Both the position numbers and the translations under genes were made by a program. The notes beneath the pieces are model-generated. The model was not told the origin of the DNA. It saw nothing but the letters and a program-made list of their open reading frames with translations, and did no database searches. This document shows positions 29,064-38,702 of a stretch of 64,000 nt of DNA, piece after piece. Origin of the DNA: an uncultured delta proteobacterium (GTDB lineage Bacteria > Desulfobacterota > Desulfobacteria > Desulfobacterales > Desulfosarcinaceae); the NCBI GenBank assembly GCA_963695845.1, contig CAVOIA010000006.1, positions 269,645 through 333,644 of the forward strand, written 5' to 3'. Every line of letters begins with the position of its first letter. Within the stretch, counting starts at the first letter, position 1.

Positions 29064-29846
29064 TCAATCGTTGGCGCTGTCTGCTTCGGCAGCGGCCGGC
29101 GAGGCCTCTTTTTTACCGAAAATGCGGGCGCCGACAATGCTGATCTCGTACAGGATCATCAGCGGCAGGGCCATCATGACTTGGGTGACCACGTCAGGGG
29201 GGGTCAAAATGGCGGCACCCACGAAAAAAAGGAGGATGGCGTACTTACGATTCTTTTTCAGAAAGGGAACCGTGACAATACCCAGTTTGGCCAGAAAGGT
29301 GATGACCAGAGGCAGTTCGAACACCAGGCCGAAGGCCAGCAGCAGTTTGGCCGAAAAACTCAAATACTCCTTCATGGAGGGCAGCGGCCGGATGGTTTCC
29401 GTGGCAAAACCAAGAAAGAACTCGAACCCGAAGGGAAAGACGATAAAGTATCCGAATAGGGCGCCGCCGACAAAAAAGATCGACGAGAGCAGAACGATGG
29501 GAATCAGCAGACGCTTTTCGCGATCGTACAGACCCGGGGCGACGAACATCCAGAACTGGTAGATGATCACCGGTGACGCCAGCATGAGCCCAGACAGAAA
29601 AGAGACCTTGAGGAAGGTGAAAAACGCTTCCGGAAGCCCGGTGTAAATCAGGGTTTCGCCTTCCGCCATCACCGAGATCAGCGGCCGGGTGAGGATGTCG
29701 AAAAGCCGCTCCTTGAACCCGTAGGAGACGGCAAAGCCGACCCCGACCGCAACAAAGCAGATGATCAGCCGCCGTCGCAACTCTTCCAGGTGCGCGGTAA
29801 AGGGTATTTTGTCGTCCGTATCCGTTTCAGGCTCTGCCACGGTCAC
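29064..29846 (-). CDS. tatC: twin-arginine translocase subunit TatC
   Basis: FTAHLEELRRRLIICFVAVGVGF... with six predicted TM helices. The GTG start overlaps the tatB stop (GTGA). Confidence 0.95.
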   Translation of the reverse strand: MTVAEPETDTDDKIPFTAHLEELRRRLIICFVAVGVGFAVSYGFKERLFDILTRPLISVMAEGETLIYTGLPEAFFTFLKVSFLSGLMLASPVIIYQFWMFVAPGLYDREKRLLIPIVLLSSIFFVGGALFGYFIVFPFGFEFFLGFATETIRPLPSMKEYLSFSAKLLLAFGLVFELPLVITFLAKLGIVTVPFLKKNRKYAILLFFVGAAILTPPDVVTQVMMALPLMILYEISIVGARIFGKKEASPAAAEADSAND

Positions 29847-30286
29847 ACGTCCTTGGGTCGGGTTGCATCGCGCTCGGCATCAACCGGCGTTTCGGCGGCG
29901 CCGGCGGGCGCGCTCGTTTCGGCCTTGGCATCATCCTTCTGGTGACGATCGAAGGACGCCTCGAGATCATCTTGGGTGCCGCCGGCAGGAGCGGCATCCG
30001 TCGGCGGAACCACTTCGGCGTTGTCGGCCGGGCTGTCCTCGGTCGGGCCGCTTTGCGGTGGGTCCGCTGCTTTTTTGTCTTCGCGTGCCAGGTTGTCGAA
30101 GGAGGTTTTGAGATCCTTGAGTTCCGTATCGATCTGCATGCTCTCTTTCAGATCGCTGGCGGCCTTCTTGAACTCGCCCATGGCCCTGCCCAGGGATTTG
30201 GCCAGGTCGGGCAGCTTTTTCGGTCCGATGACGATCAGGGCCACCGCCAGAATCAGGATCATTTCCGGCATTCCGATACCGAACAT
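29843..30286 (-). CDS. tatB: twin-arginine translocase TatA/TatB-family protein (length suggests TatB)
   Basis: MFGIGMPEMILILAVALIVIGPKKLPDLAKSLGRAMGEFKKA followed by an acidic, Pro/Ala-rich tail. AAGGAG precedes the ATG. Confidence 0.85.
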   Translation of the reverse strand: MFGIGMPEMILILAVALIVIGPKKLPDLAKSLGRAMGEFKKAASDLKESMQIDTELKDLKTSFDNLAREDKKAADPPQSGPTEDSPADNAEVVPPTDAAPAGGTQDDLEASFDRHQKDDAKAETSAPAGAAETPVDAERDATRPKDV

Positions 30287-30334
30287 GAAAATCTCCTTTA
30301 CAGCGCGTTTAGGGCGAGGGTTTCAAAACAAAGA

Positions 30335-30363
30335 ACACTACTGGTTTTGGCAGGGGGTGTCAA
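30335..30363 (-). promoter_or_regulatory. candidate sigma70-type promoter for tatBC
   Basis: On the minus strand: TTGACA (30363-30358), a 17-nt spacer and TAGTGT (30340-30335). Confidence 0.4.
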
Positions 30364-30399
30364 GACAAGAGCCAAACCAGAAACCGCCAAAATAAACGA

Positions 30400-31617
30400 T
30401 CAGTTAGGCGTATCGGGATCCAGGATCAGAAGGTAAAAGGCCCCGTCGTGCTGCATGTGACCGGCGGCAATCTCGGCGTAAGGGCCGTTGCCCCAGAAGA
30501 TGTCCACCCGTCCGGGACCCCGGATGGCGCCGCCGGTGTCCTGGTTGAGGGCGAAGGCCGAAAAATCGATCCACCGGTCGATGCGGCCATGGCCGTCGAT
30601 CACCGGAATCTGGGTTTGCAGAAAGGCCGGCACGGCCATGGGAAAGACACGGCGATCCACGGCCACGGAACGGCCCGGCGTCAGGTCCACGCCGATGGCA
30701 CCAATCGGACCGGAGGTTTCGGTTTTAAAAAACACATAACTGGGGTTGTGATTGAGCACCGCGTCCACCTCGTCGGGATGATCTTGCAGATAGGATTTCA
30801 GGCGCTGCATGGACATCTCCTCGGGCGGTATTTTGCCCTGGTCGATGAGCAGCCGGCCGATGCTGCGGTAAGGCCGGCCATTGGAGCCGTGATAGTGCAC
30901 GCGCATAAAGGACCCGTCCGACAGGTAGATGCGTCCGGAACCTTGGATCTGCAAAAAGAACAGGTCGACCCGGTCATCCACCCAGGCCAGGGGCGCGGCT
31001 TTGCGGCCGAATCCGGCGTCCGCTTCGATAGTGCTGCGATCCGGGTAGGGCACCACGGTGTTGCCGTCCAGGCGACCGACGATGCGCTTGCCGCTCAGTT
31101 CTTCGGCAAAGGCCGTCAGGTCGATGACCATCAGGTCGGCCGGCATGGCATAAACCGGGTAGCGGTAGCGCCCATCGGGGGTCAGGCTGCCGCGCAGATG
31201 GGGTTCGTAGTAACCCGTGAAAAGCATCTGGCCCGTCCCCGGACGGCCGACCGATCGATAGACGCGGTAGCGTTGGCCAATAATGCGGTTCAAGGCCGTC
31301 GAATCGGGCCGTGATTCCACCAGATCACGCAGCGCCTCCAGGGATCGGATCAGGTCAAGGGTGCTGTAAGTGTCTTCTGCGAGGCGAAAGCCGCGTTCGG
31401 GCGGCAATTTGTTCAAATAGTCAAGGCTCTTGCCGATGCCGTGGGAGAGGTTGTCGAAAAAGAGGCCGTCGGAAAAATCGGGGTAGGCGGATTTGGCCAG
31501 CCGAATCAGCACCGGCTGCGGGGGTTCCGGTAGTGGCTCAGGCCCCGGTAGCAGGGCGCACCCGGCCATCGTCAGCAGCGACACCCCAAGCAGGAACAGA
31601 CGGATATGGGCGGTCAT
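30400..31617 (-). CDS. mltA: membrane-bound lytic murein transglycosylase A
   Basis: Lipoprotein signal [20 protein letters not shown], MltA-specific and 3D domains ([11 protein letters not shown]..., [21 protein letters not shown]). The start at 31617 overlaps the moaC stop (ATGA); the ORF track start is 31878. Confidence 0.85.
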   Translation of the reverse strand: MTAHIRLFLLGVSLLTMAGCALLPGPEPLPEPPQPVLIRLAKSAYPDFSDGLFFDNLSHGIGKSLDYLNKLPPERGFRLAEDTYSTLDLIRSLEALRDLVESRPDSTALNRIIGQRYRVYRSVGRPGTGQMLFTGYYEPHLRGSLTPDGRYRYPVYAMPADLMVIDLTAFAEELSGKRIVGRLDGNTVVPYPDRSTIEADAGFGRKAAPLAWVDDRVDLFFLQIQGSGRIYLSDGSFMRVHYHGSNGRPYRSIGRLLIDQGKIPPEEMSMQRLKSYLQDHPDEVDAVLNHNPSYVFFKTETSGPIGAIGVDLTPGRSVAVDRRVFPMAVPAFLQTQIPVIDGHGRIDRWIDFSAFALNQDTGGAIRGPGRVDIFWGNGPYAEIAAGHMQHDGAFYLLILDPDTPN

Positions 31618-32135
31618 GGGAGGTGGCCTCGGCGCTCGAACAGACCGCTTTTTCCGCCCGATTTTTTGAGCAGGCAGATGTCGGTGATGGTCATGGATTT
31701 GTCGGAGGCCTTGCACATGTCGTACAGCGTCAGGGCCGCCACCGATACCGCAGTCAAGGCTTCCATCTCGATGCCGGTCTGGTCCACGATGCGCGCCATG
31801 GCCTCGATCCGGATGGTGTGACCGGCGGCATCGGGAAAAAAATCGACCTGCACGTGCGTCAGATTCAACGGGTGGCACATGGGAATCAGATCGGCGGTTT
31901 TTTTGGCGGCCATCACCCCGGCGATGCGGGCCGTCTCCAGAACGTTACCCTTGGACACCGTGCCGGCGGCGATTTTTTGAAACGTGTCGGCGTTCATGCG
32001 AACCACCGCCTGGGCCACGGCAGTACGCCGGGTGGCCGGCTTTTCGCTGACGTCGACCATGCGCACGCGTCCCTGGCCGTCGATGTGGGTCAAGTCGCTC
32101 AATGATCTCTCCCGCTCGAAAATATCCGGTCGCAA
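31614..32135 (-). CDS. moaC: cyclic pyranopterin monophosphate synthase
   Basis: [23 protein letters not shown]..., [28 protein letters not shown]. The start is uncertain (TTG 32135 or TTG 32102). Confidence 0.9.
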   Translation of the reverse strand: MRPDIFERERSLSDLTHIDGQGRVRMVDVSEKPATRRTAVAQAVVRMNADTFQKIAAGTVSKGNVLETARIAGVMAAKKTADLIPMCHPLNLTHVQVDFFPDAAGHTIRIEAMARIVDQTGIEMEALTAVSVAALTLYDMCKASDKSMTITDICLLKKSGGKSGLFERRGHLP

Positions 32136-32148
32136 CGGTGGGCCATGT

Positions 32149-32508
32149 TCAGGCGAAGAACTCGGTTTTGGCGGTCACCGTGGTTTTGATGGCATTGAGG
32201 GTCTCGGTCAAGGATGCAATCACGTTTTCGCGAATATCCCCGGCCACCACCAGCAGCATCACGTCGTCGCCGACGGTCAGGTCCGTGTCGGCGGCGATGC
32301 GCACCTGGATGTCCACAATGCCAGGTCGAGAGCGCTGCTCGGTCAGCACGCGGGACAACTGATCCCGGTCCACGGCCACGCGCAGCCCGGTCACCTTGCG
32401 CCCGTCGCGGGAGGTGGCTCGTACGACGCCGTTGTGGCACAGCACCATTCCCACCTGATCGTAGTTCGGATGGGCCTTTACAATTGAAATCAATTCGTCG
32501 GCATTCAA
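32149..32508 (-). CDS. MoaE-like (molybdopterin synthase large-subunit-like) protein, divergent
   Basis: The pattern [25 protein letters not shown] ... [33 protein letters not shown] parallels the MoaE core. I chose the TTG start at 32508, which follows GGAG and lies 1 nt after the mobA stop; the ORF track start is 32577. Confidence 0.45.
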   Translation of the reverse strand: MNADELISIVKAHPNYDQVGMVLCHNGVVRATSRDGRKVTGLRVAVDRDQLSRVLTEQRSRPGIVDIQVRIAADTDLTVGDDVMLLVVAGDIRENVIASLTETLNAIKTTVTAKTEFFA

Positions 32509-32509
32509 C

Positions 32510-33124
32510 CTATGGTCTCCATCGTTGGCCTTCGACCATGGCCTGGGCCGTAGCCAGGTCGTCGGGGGTGTTGACATTGAACAGCGAAACCAGCTCGGGG
32601 TCCACCGCCCTCAGGTCGGCCTCGCCAACCGCTTTGACGCGCAGCTTGCGAAACAATCCCTGGATTTTCAGGCGGTCTGTTTCGAGCTGCCGGGCCATGG
32701 CCGGCAGGCAGGTTTTCCGGTATACGGCAAACATGGGTTCGTAACCGGCCGACGTGGATGGAATGATGATGTCCGCCTTGCGATCGATTCGCTCCAGCAG
32801 GCAGCGAACCAGGGCATCATCCACGAACGGGTTGTCGCATGCCGCAAAAAAGGCATGGTCGTGCGCGGCGGCGAACAGGCCGGCGTACAGGCCGTTGAGC
32901 GAGCTGCGCGCCGGGTAGTGGTCGCTGACGATCAGGGCGTCGATGTCCATGTAGGCGGCCGGGTCGTTGGTCACCAGAACGATCTGATCGAACAGCCGGC
33001 CAAAGACATCCATCAGACGGTCGACGATGCGCCTTCCGCCAATGCGGATCAAGGCCTTGTTGATGCCGTCGAAGCGTTTATTTTCTCCGCCGGCCAAAAT
33101 CACGCCGGAACAAGGTGTTTGCAT
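32510..33124 (-). CDS. mobA: molybdenum cofactor guanylyltransferase
   Basis: CSGVILAGGENKRFDGINKALI... and LVTND...SSLNGLYAGL...ACDNPFV. The start is at MQTPCSG (33124); the ORF track start is 33226. Confidence 0.85.
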   Translation of the reverse strand: MQTPCSGVILAGGENKRFDGINKALIRIGGRRIVDRLMDVFGRLFDQIVLVTNDPAAYMDIDALIVSDHYPARSSLNGLYAGLFAAAHDHAFFAACDNPFVDDALVRCLLERIDRKADIIIPSTSAGYEPMFAVYRKTCLPAMARQLETDRLKIQGLFRKLRVKAVGEADLRAVDPELVSLFNVNTPDDLATAQAMVEGQRWRP

Positions 33125-33415
33125 AAGATGATCCAGAGCTACCAACGACCGCCGTCGACCGATGTTTGCCGGCAACACAGGCCAACATAGGCAAAAGGCA
33201 CTATAAATGCAAGAAGATAAGCGCAATCTGTCCTTGCCATGACCGGCCGGCTGGGGTAGTTTTCAGTCATTGAAAAACCAACGCCGTCCTTGGAAAATGG
33301 ACGGTTCGATCGGCAACCTTTCAGCGGAGCCTGTCCACCCCGTCGGCCGACCGGCCCGTTGTGGATGGGCTCAAGGCAGGCAAAAATGGGCGTGCATCAG
33401 CACCGCAAAGCGGCA

Positions 33416-33889
33416 ATGGCGTCGGTACGGATAGGGATTGTCACGGTCAGCACCACCCGGACGTTGGAAAATGACGAGAGCGGCCATTGGATGGCCAAAC
33501 GCGCCGGCAAGGAGGGGCATGCGGTGCGTTTCCACCAGGTGGTCGCCGACGACATGGCCGCTATCCGGGAAACGGTCCTCAAGGCCATGCGGGATCATGA
33601 CCTGCAGGCCCTGATCGTCACCGGCGGCACCGGAATGACTGCCGCCGATGTCACCATCGAGGCGATCAGACCGCTCTTTGCCAAGGAGATGACCGCCTTC
33701 GGGGCCATCTTCGCCCAACTCAGCTACGAAACCATCGATTCGGCCGCCATCCTCTCCCGGGCCACTGCCGGGGTGATCGGCCGTACGGTGGTGTACTGCA
33801 TACCCGGCAGCAAGAGGGCCTGCCAATTAGCGTGCAGGGCGCTGATATTTCCGGAGTTGGGGCATGTGGTCGCCCACGTGCAAAAATGA
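33416..33889 (+). CDS. moaB: molybdenum cofactor biosynthesis protein B (MoaB/MogA family)
   Basis: VRIGIVTVSTTR..., LIVTGGTGMTAADVT, IPGSKRAC. The start is at MASVRIG; the ORF track start is 33290. Confidence 0.85.
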   Translation: MASVRIGIVTVSTTRTLENDESGHWMAKRAGKEGHAVRFHQVVADDMAAIRETVLKAMRDHDLQALIVTGGTGMTAADVTIEAIRPLFAKEMTAFGAIFAQLSYETIDSAAILSRATAGVIGRTVVYCIPGSKRACQLACRALIFPELGHVVAHVQK

Positions 33890-34061
33890 GTGCATCGGTA
33901 GCGGGTATCCGGTCGGCCCTGCATGGATCTACGCTGCGGTTTTTGCTCGGGAAACGGTAATGCCAACCCAGGTCGCGGGCACCGGGACCTGGGCTGGTCA
34001 GGCGCGATAAGACCGTGCAGGAAAAAGAGATCCGTTTTCCCACCCATGCCAGCCCTCAACG

Positions 34062-34265
34062 CTAAGGTTCATCCCGAATGACCGACTTCACTTTTGCAAC
34101 CATTTGACTGCTCAGTTCGTCAACGCCATGAACGCTTTTGGCATGCTGCGACGCCATTTTCAGCACCTCTTCCTCACTTTCTGCACGGACAACCCCGTCA
34201 CATTCAAATTCGGTAACAATAAAATTTTTATGCTGATTTTGTAGCCTGCTTGTGACGTTTGACAA
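34062..34265 (-). CDS. small DUF1059-like protein
   Basis: EEEVLKMASQHAKSVHGVDELSSQMVAKVKSVI resembles the DUF1059 core. It has only a TTG start and a weak SD, so the call is tentative. Confidence 0.45.
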   Translation of the reverse strand: MSNVTSRLQNQHKNFIVTEFECDGVVRAESEEEVLKMASQHAKSVHGVDELSSQMVAKVKSVIRDEP

Positions 34266-34367
34266 CCCTTTTTACTTTAAGTATGTATCCTCGATACCTA
34301 TTCTGACGTCGAGCCACTGCCAGCTGGAATTCTCTGGCACCAGCCCAATCATTTGGAGAAACCAATT

Positions 34368-35531
34368 GTGAGAAATTTATCCCGAAAGCGCATTCACGCG
34401 GTTATCGCATGTATCATCGGTTGCGTTCTAACTGGAACAACCTCAATTTCAGGCGCAGCTGAGCAAAGCGGGGTTGAAGCGGATGGCCAAGCTGAAATTC
34501 AAGAAAAGGCGCCGGCCAAAGCCGCCTGGACACCCCCCGAACCGGCACCGGCTGATTTCGATTGGATCCAGTTGAGTTCCGGTGAGTGGCTCAAGGGTAC
34601 ATTGAAAACGCTTTACGATAGCAAATTGACGTTTGACAGCGACAAACTCGGCCTATTGGAGTTGGACTGGGAGGATGTAAGGCAGGTTTTTGGGCACCGC
34701 CCTTTTAGCGCCAGCTTCGAAGGGGCGACAGTGGTCGATGGCCAGTTACGTATAAGTGAAACCACCGTGTTCATTACCATGGGTGAAGAGACCCAACAAT
34801 TCGATCGTAACGATCTGCTGTCGATCGCCCAGGAAGTATCCAAAGAAATCGATTATTGGTCAGGCAAATTGAATCTGGGGCTGAGCTTTGCCAGCGGTAA
34901 TACCGACCAAACGCAGTACAGTGCGATTGCGTCGCTCAATCGCCAAACTTCATCGACGCGTTTCGTTAACACCTATTTGGCAAATTACACTAAAACCGAC
35001 GGCGAAAACACCATCAACAATCATCGATTTAACACCTATTTTGATGTATTTCGGACGCGCAGATACTTTCTGCGCCCCGTTTTTGGCGAGTACTATCGGG
35101 ACACGATTAAAAATATTGCCCACCGGGCAACCGTGGGAACGGGTTTGGGCTACCATATCATCGATACGCCCAAGACCAAATGGGACGTTTCGGGTGGTCC
35201 CGCGTACCAATACACCCAATTCAATAGTGTCGAGGCTGGTCAAGACGACAGTGAATCGACACCGGTTCTGATGGCAGGTACCGAATTCAACAGGGCCTTG
35301 AACGATACTGTGAATTTTGACTTTCTTTATAATTTCCAGCTCGTCAACGAGCGGTCAGGTTCTTACAACCATCATCTTGTGGCCACCCTCGAGACAGCCT
35401 TGACGAAGTTTCTGAATTTTGATGTCTCTTTCGTGTGGGATCGAACCGAAACGCCGCAGCCGAGGGAAGACGGCACGCTGCCCGATCCGAACGATTATTA
35501 TTTGATTTTTAGCATTGGAGCTGATTTCTGA
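34368..35531 (+). CDS. DUF481-family outer-membrane protein (YdiY-like)
   Basis: It has a signal peptide. The C-terminal half has the DUF481 pattern (GNTDQTQYSAIASLNRQTSSTRFVNTYLANYTKTDGENTINNHRF...YFLRPVFGEYYRD) and ends in ...SIGADF. GTG 34368 follows GGAG; the ORF track start is TTG 34353. Confidence 0.8.
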   Translation: MRNLSRKRIHAVIACIIGCVLTGTTSISGAAEQSGVEADGQAEIQEKAPAKAAWTPPEPAPADFDWIQLSSGEWLKGTLKTLYDSKLTFDSDKLGLLELDWEDVRQVFGHRPFSASFEGATVVDGQLRISETTVFITMGEETQQFDRNDLLSIAQEVSKEIDYWSGKLNLGLSFASGNTDQTQYSAIASLNRQTSSTRFVNTYLANYTKTDGENTINNHRFNTYFDVFRTRRYFLRPVFGEYYRDTIKNIAHRATVGTGLGYHIIDTPKTKWDVSGGPAYQYTQFNSVEAGQDDSESTPVLMAGTEFNRALNDTVNFDFLYNFQLVNERSGSYNHHLVATLETALTKFLNFDVSFVWDRTETPQPREDGTLPDPNDYYLIFSIGADF

Positions 35532-35935
35532 CTTTTGCCATCCCATAACGGTCAAAAAATTTGTACGCGTTCAGGGGTGTTTCCAAAGTACAGCCGCACA
35601 AAAAAAGCGCTTAATGAAAGCAAGAATAGCGTGTTGATCAGAGCACGGCAACGCTCGGAAAGATTCGCGTCGCAGGTATTTGCCGAATCGCCGCAAACCG
35701 AAAAAATGCCGACGCTTTTACTCGATTTTGCGCGGCCTGTAATCGATGCCGCAACACTCAAAAGAAATTGTTGAAATCATGGATTGTTTGCTAGCCCGGA
35801 AAAAGTCCATCCATCCTAAAATCAACCGGATGGTTTTTGACTATGAACGGGTTGATACCCCAAAAGGCCTTCATCTCAATGTCCTTTCCACTGTTGACGA
35901 ATAACGGGGGACCCCCTGTGGCCTCGAACCCGTCG

Positions 35936-36265
35936 ATGTCCCTGAAAACGCTGCAAGCCACCGTGGATCGCTGGATAAAGACCTACGGTGTACGTTATTT
36001 TTCCGAATTGACCAACCTGGCCGTGCTGGTGGAAGAGGTCGGTGAACTGGCCCGCATCATGTCCCGGACTTACGGCGATCAGAGCACCAAAAACGGTCTG
36101 ACACGGCCCGGCCTGGCGGATGAAATCGCCGATGTGCTCTTCGTGCTGGTCTGCCTCGCCAACCAGACCGGTGTGGACCTGGAAAAAGCCATGGCGCAGA
36201 ATCTGGAAAAAAAAACCGCCCGGGACCAGCATCGCCATCGCAACAACCCCAAATTGGCGCCATAG
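35936..36265 (+). CDS. MazG-type nucleotide pyrophosphohydrolase (YpjD-like)
   Basis: LQATVDRWIKTYGVRYFSELTNLAVLVEEVGELARI...LADEIADVLFVLVCLAN. I chose the start at MSLKTLQ by analogy with ~110-aa family members; the ORF track start is 35837. Confidence 0.8.
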   Translation: MSLKTLQATVDRWIKTYGVRYFSELTNLAVLVEEVGELARIMSRTYGDQSTKNGLTRPGLADEIADVLFVLVCLANQTGVDLEKAMAQNLEKKTARDQHRHRNNPKLAP

Positions 36266-36616
36266 GCGCTCAAAGGATATTTATTGATGGCAGCGCCAGC
36301 CGCTGCACCATCGATAGGCGGTCTTCTATGGACGTTCATCGTGTGCCGGGGCGTTCCTACCGGGGCTCAACGCACCCGCCATTCAAAATGGCATCCAAGG
36401 CTGGATCGGGCACCTGCAGCGACCGCCCGTCCAGACTGAGTGCCGGCACGACGCCCATGAGGGCATTGGTGAGCACATTTGCTTTGGCCCGCTCCAGGAC
36501 CGGGTTTACCGCGCGCTCCGCTTTCAATGGGCCCAGCCGCAGAAAATGGTCGCTGATCGTGAAACCGTGATCCGTCAGAACGCTTTCCGGGTCTGCCCGA
36601 CTCGGTCAATAATAAA

Positions 36617-36922
36617 TCATTCCGGCGAAGCGGATTGGGTCGACCGAAGGTACTCCTGCCACTCGATGGGCAGCAGTTGTTTTTTGCGGTTGTTGCACCG
36701 TTTGCAGGCCGGGACGACATTGCCCTTGGTGCTTTTGCCACCCCGGGCCACGGGAACGATATGGTCCATGGTCAGTTCGCCGGCCGGCGTCGGGCGACCG
36801 CAGTAGTAACAGCGGCCCTTGGCGCAACGGCGCTTCCACCACTGGGACTGCCGCAGTTCGCGGGCCTTTCGGCGCTCGCGCGCGATATCGCGCTCCTCCA
36901 GGTCGTAGGCATAGGGCTTCAT
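36617..36922 (-). CDS. HNH endonuclease-family protein
   Basis: CYYCGRPTPAGELTMDHIVPVARGGKSTKGNVVPACKRCNNRK (HNH/CxxC zinc motifs). Its ATG overlaps the stop of the ATP-grasp gene (ATGA). Confidence 0.85.
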   Translation of the reverse strand: MKPYAYDLEERDIARERRKARELRQSQWWKRRCAKGRCYYCGRPTPAGELTMDHIVPVARGGKSTKGNVVPACKRCNNRKKQLLPIEWQEYLRSTQSASPE

Positions 36923-37794
36923 GGCGTCTCGCCGCCTGTGGTTGCCGGCCGGCGCACCGCCAATTCCCGCACGGCCAGCCAATGGTCGATTTCGGTCCGC
37001 AGCAGGTCGTAAAAGCGATCCGAGCCCCCCAACCCCCGGCGGCCGAAAAAATAGTTGATTTCCAGCATCAGCGGCTGGGGCTCGCCCGTGGCGTTGGGCG
37101 ACATGTCGAAAAGCAGGTCCAGGCCGGCCAGATCGATCTGCACCCGTTGGCAGAAGCGCCGGGCCAGCGCGACGGCCGTGGCACGACGGTCCGGGTCCGA
37201 TACGGCGTCGATGCTGGCACCGTTGGATAGGCTCGTACCGAAAATCGAGCGGTCTTCCTGAACACGCCAATAGGCGACCTGGGTCTGTCCGACAACGGCC
37301 ACGCGCAGCGTCCGACCGGCGTGGGGCACGAAGGCCTGCACCACAAACCCGCTCTGGCCGGACCGTTCGTGGGCGGCGGCCCGGGCAAGCGCCTGCATCA
37401 GGTCGGCAGAATTGCGCAGCAGCATGACCGTCTCGCCCTCCCCGCCCCAATCCAGCTTGAATACCAGTGGAAACCCGGCCGCGTCCAGGGCCGCACGGCT
37501 GCGCGTGAAATGGGCCATGTTCTCAAAAACCCACGTGCGGGGATGGGGCACGCCCATCTTGGCGAACAACCGGGCCTGACCCGTTTTGCCCGGATACCTA
37601 AAGCGAGTGTCGTAATTGGGAAACACATGCCCACAATGATCGCGGGCCATGCGGTAAAGGGCCGGTCGGCAGCCCTGGGGCAGCACCACCGCCTCGGCCC
37701 TGCGGATCGCCGCCAGATCCTCGTCGCCTGGCGCTCTGCCGGCGCACAGGATGTTGACATCGCCGTCGTAGCAAGGGTGAAAGGAGAGGATCAT
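36919..37794 (-). CDS. ATP-grasp domain protein (RimK / glutathione-synthetase-like)
   Basis: FPLVFKLDWGGEGETVMLL..., VVQAFVPHAGRTLRVAVVG..., LAGLDLLF...LMLEINYFFGRRG. Its ATG overlaps the era stop (ATGA). Confidence 0.8.
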   Translation of the reverse strand: MILSFHPCYDGDVNILCAGRAPGDEDLAAIRRAEAVVLPQGCRPALYRMARDHCGHVFPNYDTRFRYPGKTGQARLFAKMGVPHPRTWVFENMAHFTRSRAALDAAGFPLVFKLDWGGEGETVMLLRNSADLMQALARAAAHERSGQSGFVVQAFVPHAGRTLRVAVVGQTQVAYWRVQEDRSIFGTSLSNGASIDAVSDPDRRATAVALARRFCQRVQIDLAGLDLLFDMSPNATGEPQPLMLEINYFFGRRGLGGSDRFYDLLRTEIDHWLAVRELAVRRPATTGGETP

Positions 37795-38702
37795 CCGTAC
37801 CCGAACTTGCGCAGGGCCCGGGTGTCCCGGGTCCAGTTTTTCTGCACCCGCACAAACAGTTTCAAAAACACCCGCGCTTCCAGCAGGTCTTCGATCTCCT
37901 GCCGGGCGGCCTGGCCGATCTGTTTGAGCTTGGCCCCCCGGCGGCCGATGACGATGGCCTTTTGGGACTCCCGCTCGACGTGGATCGTGGCGTGAATCCG
38001 GACCGGCGCACCCGCTTGGGCCTCCTTGAAGGCCTCGACGGTGACCGCCAAGGCATAGGGTATCTCCTGGCCGGTCAGCCGGAAGGCCTTTTCGCGGATC
38101 ATCTCAGCAACGACGAAACGCGTGGGCAGATCGGTCAGGCTGTCGGGCGGGAAAAAGGGCGGACCGGCGGGAAGCGCGCGTTGCACCAGTTCGAGCAGAC
38201 GCTCCACCTGCTCGCCGCTTTTAGCGCAGACCGGGACCACGTCAGCAAAGGCAAACACCCTCGACCAGCGCTCGATCAGGGGCAGAATTGCCGGGCGGGA
38301 AAGGCGGTCGATTTTGTTCAGGGCCAGCAGGACCGGCAGCGAACGCGGGCGCAGCCGGTCGAGCAGCAGCTGCTCCGATTGCCGGTCCGGGGTGTGGGCA
38401 TCGACCACCAACAGGATTAGATCGGCTTCGTCCAGGGTGGCCAGGGCCGCGTCCACAATGCGAACATTGAGCGGAACGGTGGCCTGGTGCACGCCGGGCG
38501 TATCCAGAAAGACCACCTGGGCGGCCGGGCGGTGAACGATGCCGAGGATGCGGTTGCGGGTCGTCTGGGGTTTTTTGGACGTGATGGCCAGCTTCTGGCC
38601 CAGCATGCGGTTCAACAGGGTGGACTTGCCCGCATTGGGCGCCCCGACAATGGCTACGAAACCGGATCGAAAGGGCCTTGGGCTGGCGTCAGTCGCGCTC
38701 AT
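37791..38702 (-). CDS. era: GTPase Era
   Basis: G1 GAPNAGKST, G3 DTPG, NKID and a C-terminal KH domain. I chose the start at MSATDA (38702); the ORF track start is 38729. Confidence 0.95.
   Translation of the reverse strand: MSATDASPRPFRSGFVAIVGAPNAGKSTLLNRMLGQKLAITSKKPQTTRNRILGIVHRPAAQVVFLDTPGVHQATVPLNVRIVDAALATLDEADLILLVVDAHTPDRQSEQLLLDRLRPRSLPVLLALNKIDRLSRPAILPLIERWSRVFAFADVVPVCAKSGEQVERLLELVQRALPAGPPFFPPDSLTDLPTRFVVAEMIREKAFRLTGQEIPYALAVTVEAFKEAQAGAPVRIHATIHVERESQKAIVIGRRGAKLKQIGQAARQEIEDLLEARVFLKLFVRVQKNWTRDTRALRKFGYG

Noticed and set aside
34331-34350. TGGCAC motif upstream of the DUF481 gene as a possible sigma54 -24 element
   Set aside because: The required TTGC(A/T) -12 element at the correct spacing is absent.
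35535-35774. 79-aa ORF in the spacer after the DUF481 gene, plus a weak CCATCC...GGATGG-TTTTT hairpin at 35811-35838
   Set aside because: The ORF has no SD and a Lys/Arg/Ser-rich composition. The hairpin has only a 6-bp stem with an 11-nt loop. This is too weak to call either a gene or a terminator.
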